The translations under genes and the position numbers were made by a program. The notes under the pieces are model-generated. The model was given only the letters and a program-made list of their open reading frames with translations. It was not told the DNA's origin and did no database searches. From contig NW_019029023.1 in assembly GCF_002105155.1 (NCBI RefSeq), forward strand, positions 124,001-188,000: 64,000 bases of DNA, written 5' to 3'. Source of the DNA: Lobosporangium transversale (taxonomy: Eukaryota). This document shows, one piece after another, positions 54,021 through 64,000 of the stretch. How positions within the stretch are numbered: position 1 is the stretch's first letter; the number at the start of each line of letters is the position of its first letter.

Positions 54021-54376
54021 CCTTGTATCAATTAGCATACATTTTGTATCAATGAACATGTCTCTTGTATCAATAAACATACATCTTCTAGGAAACGCTT
54101 TACGCGGATGCATGACACCATGGGTGTGTTTCTAACTTTTCACGTCTGAACATGGTCAGGGACACATATTTTAAAATACTCAAATTGAATCAACCTTTAC
54201 AATTTCAGTATCCGAAAAAAAGTATTCTATCCAATTTAGAAGCATGTCCCTGACTCTCTGACGAGGACTCTAACACCCTGCATTCTTTCTAAAGCTATCT
54301 TTCAATAGAAATAGGTTCGCACCTTCACTTTATTAAGAATGTACATCTATATAATGACCTTAATTCGTATGTCCAT

Positions 54377-56671
54377 TCACCACTCTGTTCTTGTTCTTCT
54401 TGCTCTTCTTGTTCTTATGCGTCCTAATGCTTCCTTAAGTCCTTCTTGCAGATCAATCCCCATAATATATTGCTTGACATCTAGAAGTTCCTTTGTAGGT
54501 TTGGGATCCACACCATCTGTTTCAGTCTTGAAATTTTGTTTCTTGAATTCCTTAGTCTGGTCTTGCGGAACAACAAAAATAATTGCAACCTCCTTAGAGG
54601 AGCGAATCCACTTTTTTTCTCGCATACTTTTCAAAAGCGCTTTGAGGGATTCGCTTTTGATGCCATGATCCTTGTTCGTCGTAACTTGAATGAGATAGTT
54701 CGGAGCAAGCAACATATCCACACAGCCAAATGCTTTGCTATTTGGGATCCATAACGATCCTTGCATCTTGTCCTCATGATATTCAAGAGTATTGAACCAT
54801 TTAACCTTCGGGCTACCTTTGATATCGATGGTTATTTCAGTACTGTCATCAAGGTTCCTGGCCTGAAAGCAACGGTTGCCTATCCGTAGCATGTGCCACA
54901 TATAAAGCTCGAACATTGCTCCTCTATCTTCACCAACTCTACCATTGGCGAGCCGATTCAATATTTCATCCCAAGTATTGTTGTCCGCTGTATCATACAC
55001 CTTTTCCATGATATAATTTGAAGCCCATACTAATTTAAATCTTTCATGATCTTCTGTCGGATAACGGTAAAGAAGACGGCTGCTGTAACATAGTGAATCC
55101 TTAGCCTGTTCAAAGTGTTGAAGTATCTTCATTGGATCCTTGATGTTGTTAAGGGCTTGCTGAATGCGATCAAGTGCACTCATTTCTATTTTTGCTCTCA
55201 CTTCTTCTTTACAACGATCCTCTGCGGGGTATCTGCGCAGTCCTTTCTGCGGCAACTCGAGGACATACCTTGGCACTCCACCAATCAAATCATACAGGCG
55301 TTCCATAAAATCCTCAGAGACCATTTGAAAGGCTTCAACCTTGCTTCTGCATTCTTTTAACTCATCTAGCTCCCACGGAGCCATGTAGTATCTCCATGGG
55401 ACTCTCTTCTCAATTTCTTTATACAGATTCTTGTCAGAATAAAAAGTTTTTGGTGACACTGAAAAGATAGTCCTGGCATCCAAGAGCTCTGGTGTTGGTG
55501 AGCTGTCGACTAGGAACCAAGTGCTGGGTAGATCCAGGAAGGGCCTAAAATCCTCTATGTCCCCATACCGAACAACAGATCGTCCACCAAAAGCATAACA
55601 CTTTGAACTTTCCATTTTCTGGATGATAATAATAGGTGGGTCTGCCTCATTGCTAACGGCAAGCATTCGGATGGCGAAGTATACGAGAAAGGATGATTTT
55701 CCTATACCGGCTGTCCCTGTAACAACAATTTTGTCGGCTGCAGGCCCTTTATCATCTCCATTTATATAAAGACCCTTGACGATTGTGTCGTAGAGTTCTT
55801 TGAAAGCTGACCTTACGTACATATCTTTCATGTTGATCACGGGAAGCTTTGTCCCCAAAGGGCTGGATATCACGTCGATTTCTTGAAATGATGCGTTTTG
55901 GAGGGAAGTGGCCGTTTGGGGTATTGAATAGTAGTGGCTATCCTCTCCCACTATGGTGCCAATATTTTTAAGTATTGAAACCAGTTCTTTACTCATAAGG
56001 CTCCGCAGGCGTGGAACGCCGTTTATTAAAGCCTTTTGGGCAAGTCCTGCTACACTAATCGCCTTTTTGAAGGAGCTCCTATCACTCTCGTCATTCTCTA
56101 GCTGATCTCGGTCTCTTTTCGAAACTGTTTGTTAAAATATAAACAAATAGAATAGTTACAGAAGGTAGTTCTGAAGCCTTAAATCGAAAACATCAGTCGA
56201 CCACCAACAAGAACTAAAGACATACCTCGCTTCGGTACTTCAACAATAATGTAAATGAGATTATCTGCTGCCCCGTCAGGAAAGTAAGTATGGAGTTTCT
56301 CAAGTACGTTGTCAAGGACCTTGAGTGACTTTAGGAAACTTGCATAGTTCCTCTACTGTTGAACCATTAGGGATGAGCTTGAGAATAAGATCCTTTGCAT
56401 CGGAACCATTAAAAGTGTTTTCAATCTCTGTTTTAATGGCATCCTTTTAGTCGTCAATAGTTTGGTCGGAACGAATGATCACTGAGAATGCTGGTTCTCC
56501 TTCCACAAGGCAGAAAAGTTTCAGTTTAATTGGCTCGGAAGACTTGATGTTGTCTGTGGTTGATTTAGAGATTCGCGACATTGAAGATTTGTGTGCCAGA
56601 CGTGAAGAATTTCTGGTTGATTTATTCTCTCGTGCCAGACGTGTAGAGGCAGATTTATTTCCTTTTGGCAT
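54377..56671 (-). pseudogene. Crinkler (CRN)/RHS-type gene: broken header, intact NTPase + restriction-endonuclease-like ORF (54377-55996)
   Basis: Header LKLFCLVEGEPAFSV..TIDD*KDAIK..DAKDLIL..(frameshift ~56330)..YFPDGAADNLIYIIVEVP. Intron 56226-56125. C-terminal VTGTAGIGKS, FLVDS, MAPWELDEL, GGVPRYV, GAMFE, P..K.F..VD...LIQVTT..H. Confidence 0.85.
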
Positions 56672-56784
56672 GATTGTACAGTATGAGTGCTGAGAGGCAA
56701 AATGTTGTTGATCTCATCCTTCATTTGTTTCTGTGGAGAAAATGAACCACTCCTGAAATCAAAACAATAAATAATTCAAAGCAA

Positions 56785-57860
56785 TCAGGCGCGTAATTTT
56801 TGAAATTTTTGTGGTGTATAAGAGATCCATGTTTCTCGTTTTCTTTTTTTCTTTGATGTTGATGCTGCCGAGCCCTCTGGCAGTTGAGTCGTCGACCACA
56901 GAGAAGATAGATGGAGTTGAGATGTGGATAACAATGGTGCATTTGGTGGATTAGGCATCACCAATAGAAGAGGATCAGGAGGAGGAGGAGGAGGAGGAGC
57001 AGCCAGTAAAGGAAAAGCTAATGAAGGATGAGGACTAGACATCCCCTGAGATGATTGCTGTAGTTGACATTGATTGTTGTAAACATATTGCATAAAGTTG
57101 AACGCATATTGGTGATGTTGGTGTTGTTGATTGATCTTGACAAGATACTGCTGTAAATGTGCTCCTATCCGATGTAGCTCGAGCTGATGTTGCTGTTGCT
57201 GCTCTTCCTGTTGCTGCAGTCGTCGCTGTAGCTCTTTTAATTGTTGCTGTATGAGTTGAGCGTTGCTATTTGAACTCCTCGAAACTTCCTCGAGCCCTTC
57301 TGCAATCTCAGGAACCATTGTAGTCAACTTTTGCGAAATATTACTTCACCACAATAGCGTTCATCTCTTCCTGGAACTCCAAGAATAAAAGTGATTTGAA
57401 GATATCATCCTCCAAGATCCTGCTCTGTTGGTCATTGCTAACAGCATCATGATAGCGTAGTCGAAATGCAACATCTTGAAGTATGATTCGCCGGCATCGC
57501 ACAAACAGTCTCAGAAACCCCGGACGTGGAGATATCAAGTTCCGAATAAAGGATTGTATTCGAAGAAGGTCCAGCTAACTGGTTGGTTTCTACTGCCGCT
57601 CCAGGTTTTGACGCAGCAGAAATGTCGAGCACAATGTTTGGATCCACTTCGTCCATTCCCTTAAACATTCATTCCTCCACGCATTGTTTTTTCCAAAGAA
57701 ATCTTCAATCCAAGGAAAAATCATTAGCTGGAGTGCCTTTGGTGGGATGACAGAGTTTCGAGCGAGGAAGAAAGGCATGTTATAAAATCCTGCCATCCCA
57801 AGTGCAAATCTCGAAGGCAAACATGGTAAATAAAAGCTTTCCATGCGACCTCGTTCTGCG
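56785..57860 (-). mobile_element. Degenerate Crypton (tyrosine-recombinase / Ndc10 domain-II-like) element fragment
   Basis: Three shifted frames give MESFYLPCLPSRFALGMAGF..FFLARNSVIPPKALQLMIFPWIE and FLRLFVRCRRIILQDVA..IFKS..F, the conserved CryptonF/Ndc10-II motifs. A Gln/Pro-rich linker follows. Confidence 0.8.
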
Positions 57861-58286
57861 GAGTACCAGTGCAGTATGCCATACTAATCCTGAAATATTA
57901 AATCTGTTCTCGGAAGTATGCTTTTAGGAGGGAAGATGGGCATAGAGAGGCTATGTAGTTGAATATGCGCACAGCTTTCTATTATCTATTATCTCTGTAT
58001 GGCCCATCAATCAGAATTTGCCGCTGAGTGAGATCGAGCCCATTAAACTGTATAAAATTACACCTAAATAGCAAGTGTTTTCAAACTTGGTGCCAAAGTT
58101 TTCGCTTGGTTGGGAGTATGGGCTATTAACATAGATAAAATAATCAATACCCTATAAGGATGAGATGTGCACCTTGTTTATTGAACTGATCTGTATATGC
58201 CTAAGCATTCACAAAATAAGAAACATGGATATTCACTACTTGCTGCTCTGGCGTTCCCGCTGTAGTTCTTTTTGTTTCTGTGGTTT

Positions 58287-59792
58287 TTATGCAACTACAA
58301 TTCTGGGGATCGTAATTGGAGCCCTAAAGCCATGTATTGCTTTAGCCAGGATAGGATTTATGACGGAGCCCTTAAAACCTGCCATGGTGAATGTATTGCT
58401 CTTGGTTGTCACCATAGTATAGAAACCAGGGTCAGTAGATGTTATGGTCATTACCACAACGTTGTCGCCCATATCCAGGGCTAGGTTCGGGGACTCAAGG
58501 GCTCCTACCAAGTCTCCATTGGCATTAAGCAGATTGAACTTGCAATCCCCCATTTTCAAGTTCAGCTGCGAGGGGTTTTGAACCTTGACTGTATATATCA
58601 TTTTGGTGATACCCGTAGCAGTATCCTTGTTGAGGCTCACTAGATTCATAAACTTCATTGGAAAGTTATTAGCACCACGCAAAGTGGTGAGTGACGAAAA
58701 ACCAACGTTGGTGGCAGTTAAAATCTTTGGTAAGGCAGGAGAAAGAGCAGCACCATTGAATCCACCAAAGAACGGAATGCCAGGGAGCTCGAATGTAACA
58801 TTCCCACGGAAGGCGAATGTATGAGAGGACCTACTTATCAGAGTCTCAGTGAGTTTGGAGACTCTATCTTCCTGTCCCGGTATAACCTTTAAAAAAGTGT
58901 TCCCAACCGAAGCTTTGACAACGTTGCCTTTGGCCTTCGTAGGAGTGTTTGGGCCTCAAACTCTGCGATTGCGATGCCGTCATCCTTTGTTGGACAGCGA
59001 GAGGGGAAGAGGGAAAAAGAAAACAAGAAGAGTTAGATCACTCGTTTTTCAATGGCAAAGGAAGATTAAGGAATATCAGATTTGCTTACAATGAGAGTGA
59101 TCTAAAAAGCAGAGGGGGAAATATTAAAGTAATCATAAGTAGCTGCAACTATCCATCTGTTGGCCATCTAACGCTTTTATTATTATTATTATTGTTAGTT
59201 TTTTTTTTTTTCACAATGTAGGTAACCAACTTACGCGACCAGCAGTCTTTACTATAGGCCAAGTCATTTTAGGAAGCGAGGCCAATCTTATATTGAAGCT
59301 TGATGAAGAAAACCCCAGAGTCATCGGGTCAGTGTTCGTGTAATCAATACTCAGATCGTCGATGCTGATCCCTTGGGCCAGACCGAAATCGGTCTATAAG
59401 ATGTTATAAAGAAAGTGAAGTTAAAAAATAAACAAGATGGCTTCTTAGCTTGAAGAGAGGGAGGGAAAAAAGAGTCAAGAAAGTAAGAGAGAGACCAGCA
59501 TACCGCTGCAGCCGTAGCACATTCTGATGTCCATGCCTGTTCGCCTTTAATGAAAGTGCTGAAGTATATTAAAAAAATGTTTTTTTAGTGCGCTTGATAT
59601 TTAGGAAGAACATATATTTTTTACTAGAAGCTAAAAAAATTAAAAAAAAAAAAAAAAAAAGACAATATACTTCACGAAACAACCAAGGACTTTAGACCCA
59701 TCAGTTATCCTCTTAGACACCGGAGGCGTTGCCATGGCAGTAGCAGGAAATGTAATAGCACATATGGCTAAGAACTGAGTGGAGGCTTTCAT
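58287..59792 (-). pseudogene. Secreted DUF3712/LEA-2-like family paralogue 4 (single 1-nt frameshift; may be intact)
   Basis: Same five exons (micro-exon 59101-59090, ITLI). The only lesion seen is GGG instead of GGGG at 58951-58953. C-terminus NPSQLNLKMGD...TIPRIVVA. Confidence 0.75.
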
Positions 59793-61778
59793 TGTCGAAT
59801 AAGTTTGTATCGTTGTGTAGATGAAGGATAGTGAATTAACAACTACTGGAAAATGTAACGACTATTTTATACCATAGATGCTGTATGGCAATGCAAATTT
59901 AACCAGTTGCACACCAAGCCTGGTTCCCATCTCGATACTGCATTATGAAACCCCATAGCATTAACCAAACCAACTGCATCAGAAATGTCAACCTTAGCAT
60001 TCAGCATCTGAGTACCCGCAATTTGTTACATACTGGAGCGCTAAGACATCGTCAAGCTCCAAAGCATCCCTTATTTCCCCTGATCCCCCTCGCGATGGTT
60101 TTCGTCTCTTCACATGAACGTGATTGATGTCTGCAAGGGTGAGGCTTTATATAGATTTACCATAATTGGCTTGTGACATTAAAGTTGATAATTTGATCCA
60201 AGAAAGGCTCCTTGAGGCTTTTCGATATTAAGAAGGGCAAAAGTAAAGGAAGCAAGGTTTTCGCCAACGATACTTGGGCTGAGTCGGCCCAAGACGAAAC
60301 TGGCGGGAGTACTCTCACTACTTCCGGTGGTATTTGTAACAAAGCTGACCATCGATATATACACATGTGTCAAGTATAGAGCAAGTTTAACTACGGCAAA
60401 TGATCAACAGGCAAGCTGATATTCGTGCCTCATGGGTTATCAGTCTTGTTAAATTCATGAATCCAAAAAAAGAACCCACTCCGGCACGTTGCATCTGCTA
60501 GTCAGCTACAAGATAAATCGATCTTAATAGTGGTTTAGTACGTAATGGTGTCTTTCTGGGATGGTTCATTCTGAGCGCGAAGCTTAAAGTTACATCACGT
60601 ACTGAAGAAACTGTTCTTCAGTGAATATATCTCGTGTTCGTCATTTTATTGCTGCTAAATACATGATCATCCCCTTTTTTGATCTTGAGGTCAAGGCCCA
60701 TTGAGAGTTTCTAGGTAGCAAACAAATATAGCCTCGACCAAAGTGTGGTAACTGTTATGTAACATACAAGACCTAGAGGTGGTTTAGATCAAAGGCGGAC
60801 ATACTGGCCAAAGGGCCAGATGGAAGCACGATAGTTTGAGTGATCTTTAATGTGGAGTGAATTTCAAAAAGCGAAGGTTAAGGGACGAGAATAAAAAGAA
60901 AATGGTAATGAGGCATCTACTTTTTATTTACTATTGCAAAGACATATTTGCTTGCCCAATAAGCCTGAGCAGTGTACGTGTTCTGTTAAATGTATCTAGC
61001 GCAAATCTGGTGGATATCCATGAGCTCGAGCTCGAGCTCGGTTGTATCCAAGTAGACCGGTACTAGTTCACTATGAAATCAAAATATGGTAAATGATGGC
61101 GCTCTCACAGGAATCAAGTCACGTGGCCGAAACTGACGGCCGAAGATCGCAGAGAACAGTACATTTGGTGCTAACTGTCCGCTTGGCTTTTCTCTAATAG
61201 CAAGTTTTTACGATCAAGAATGTAAATTGGTATAATATGGTTACAGCACGTATTTTGTCTTCATTACTGAGAGAGCGCACCGAAGGCTACTTTTCGAAAG
61301 ATCAGTTGAGATATTGATAACAGGACCTTCTTAATGCATACATGTGTGACTGTCTTATTCGTTTACAATACAAGACTCAATTCAACAGTATCCATAAATT
61401 TGACAGGGCATGTTTAATATTTTTTGAATGAACACGTCCAGTTCTTGCGTGCGTCTTCTATGCCAAACGACATTACCTTAGAGCTTCTCTCTGTTACTTT
61501 CTCGATCCTTTTCTTTCATTTTAATACCATATACACAGAGAGTATATAACCAATATCAAAAAATTATTGCACTGAAAAGACTGGAGGCCAGGAAGGATTT
61601 TTTTTGTGGCACGTCTTGATTTCATTTCGCTGGTTTTCCAAGTTCGTGGAGAACACTTACTAATCTGAACCAGATCAGTCATAAATTCGACCTGGCATCG
61701 GCAGAGGTTCTGGCACCGCGAGTGCAGCAGAGCGTCTTCCAGACAAATGAACGAGTCGCTGTTCTGAGCACCAGAAGC

Positions 61779-64000
61779 ATGGAGGAAGAGCATGTCAATG
61801 ATGATGGACAAAATGACTTGCAGCCAGGCGGTGTATCATCATCAACGGCTGGATCATCAATCGTACAGATCGTACATAAACCCAGAGAAACATCACAATG
61901 GCCGTCTGAATCAACCATACTTGTCGCAGGTATATACAAATAAACAAATAATAGATAAGAAAACCCTTCACACAATCTCAATCCTCTGAATCCGGACTCA
62001 GAAAAGATTTGCTTATACTTTATTTATTTTCTCTGTAATAATGGCATTCACAGTACGAGTCAGGCCGTTCAGCCCTGCGGAGCAAGCACTGCTACCGCGA
62101 GCATCTACCAATAAGTTCAACTTTTCAGCAGACGCTTCTCTCTCCAGTGGGTTTGGGTCGGTTGGTCATGGTCGTCCTGGAGATTTGTACAATATGCATT
62201 CAGGGAATACTAGTAGCGGAGCAAAATCCTCAGGAAGTAGTAGTAGTAACAACACTAGCAATGGGCATTCAGCAAAGAGCATTCGTAAAATAGTGGATGT
62301 ACTGGATGACAACGTCCTTGTTTTCGATCCACCAGATGCAGAAAGCATATCTAAATACAAGCGCGCTTTACTACCAGTACAGGCTTATCGTCGATTCAAA
62401 GATATGCGCTATGCCTTTGATCGTGTCTTTCATGAGGACTCTCAACAACAGGAAGTAAGGCCAAGGATTTTTAATTTTATTCCCCTCATCATAGTAGTCG
62501 CCTATTGACCCTTGTTTTGCTTATGTTAGTAAACCATTAACCTATCCTTGGACATTGTCCATATATATATATTTTTAGGTCTTTGAAAACACAACGAGGC
62601 ATTTGATTGATGGAGTTCTGAGCGGCTACAATGGGACGCTCTTTGCCTATGGAGCTACAGGATGTGGAAAGACTCATACTATCAGTGGTACTCCTGAGAA
62701 GCCTGGTATAATCTTCCTCACTATGCAGGAACTCTATGAACGTATCAAGGAAGTCGAGGATGAAAAGACTATTGAAATCTCCGTATCATATCTAGAGGTG
62801 TACAATGAAACTATTCGAGACCTTCTAGTAAAACCGAGCTCGAGCACTCCAAAGAACACATCATTACATCTCAGAGAGGACTCATCAAGGAGGGTAACTA
62901 TTGCGGGGCTGTCGGAGCATCATCCGAAAGGAGTAAGTTTGTCATGCTTAGTTGAAAGAGACATTAGATGAGAATATAATTCTTATATATCTTTTCTGCA
63001 ATTAATCAATTGCCCAATCATCTAATTAATTAACAGATAGATGCGCTGATGGAGCTTGTTTTTATGGGCAATGAGAACAGGACCATGTCTCCGACAGAAG
63101 CCAATGCAACGTCCTCTCGTTCACATGCTGTCCTCCAAATCAACATTTGTCAAAGACTCAAAACTGCCGATGTATCGGAGGATTTTACTATGGCCACTCT
63201 CTCTTTGATCGACTTGGCAGGAAGTGAGCGCGCATCTGCAACGAAGAATCGAGGAAGTCGATTAATTGAAGGTAAATATATAGAATGAAAAAAGAGTATA
63301 CCATACTCTCTTCTGATATAAGGAGAAAATGGATATTCTATACTAAAACAGAGCACTATTATGCCTTTTTTTCATTTAAAAAATTATTAGGTGCAAACAT
63401 CAACAAATCGCTACTGGCTCTCGGTAACTGCATCAACGCACTTTGTGAAAATAAACCAAAGTCGCATATACCATACCGGGACAGCAAACTCACACGACTA
63501 CTCAAATTTTCACTTGGTGGCAACTGTAAGACGGTCATGATTGCCTGTGTCAGTCCATCTAGCCAACATTACGAGGAAACACACAACACACTCAAATATG
63601 CGAATCGAGCCAAGAACATTAAAACAAAGCTTACAAAGAACACTCTTAATGTTGATCGACATGTCTCTGAATATGTTCAAGCGATCTTTGAACTCCGACA
63701 GGAGGTAGCAGATCTAAAAAGAAAACTTCAGCAAGAAGCCAAAGCTGAAAGTCGGGAGAAAGCGCATCAGAGACATGAGCAACTGGATCGAGAATTTGAT
63801 GAGACAGTCAGGAAGATGAGAGCCACTTTCCAAACTGCACGTTCACAGGAATCAACTTATGCTCAACTACAATCGCAGTTGTTCATAGCCTCAGCTCGAC
63901 TCTCGGGATTATATCGATGGAGAAAAGCATTCGATGAGGCATCAGGAGCAGCCAAAAGACACCATGAACGAATGGAGCAGGAAAGAGAGTTGTCGTGCAC
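61779..64000 (+). CDS. KIP3: Kinesin-8 (Kip3/Klp5/6-like) motor, partial; 5' end uncertain
   Basis: ESTILVA|VRVRPF, YAFDRVF, P-loop [85 protein letters not shown] likely acceptor at ~61673 suggests a further upstream exon. Confidence 0.92.

Noticed and set aside
311..59660. Many 15-30-nt poly(A)/poly(T) tracts, giving poly-K/poly-F ORF tails
   Set aside because: They lie in introns and intergenic DNA throughout the window. No TSDs or retro-ORFs were seen, so this is a genome-wide compositional trait rather than retrocopy tails or coding sequence.
60601..60622. 9-bp inverted repeat ACTGAAGAA...TTCTTCAGT
   Set aside because: Isolated, with no second copy or supporting context.

Overview
Eukaryotic, intron-rich fungal genomic DNA. 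The gene content, Crinkler genes and long intronic poly(A)/poly(T) tracts suggest an early-diverging fungus of the Mortierellaceae type; this is inference. Blocks of ordinary genes alternate with transposon-remnant-rich accessory islands. Core genes: Spc24 (partial), a PPR protein, a GH5 EGCrP-type glycosylceramidase/steryl-glucosidase, an RTA1-family exporter divergent from a Zn2Cys6 regulator, an AlkB-family dioxygenase, a YCF1/MRP ABC transporter, NAD(P)H-hydrate epimerase, cyclin B, Rcd1/CNOT9 and kinesin-8 (partial). Accessory content: four paralogues of a secreted DUF3712/LEA-2-like protein sharing a 12-nt micro-exon (one intact, three lesioned); two Crinkler (CRN) NTPase+nuclease genes with nonsense lesions, one ending in a ComEA-like helix-hairpin-helix domain; remnants of IS630/Tc1, pogo/Tc5, Crypton and RecQ-type elements; and a dispersed TGATACTAA-motif repeat. 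No rRNA, tRNA or CRISPR array was recognised. Exon boundaries were read by eye from GT/GC-AG signals and frame continuity. Family assignments come from recalled motifs, not database searches.
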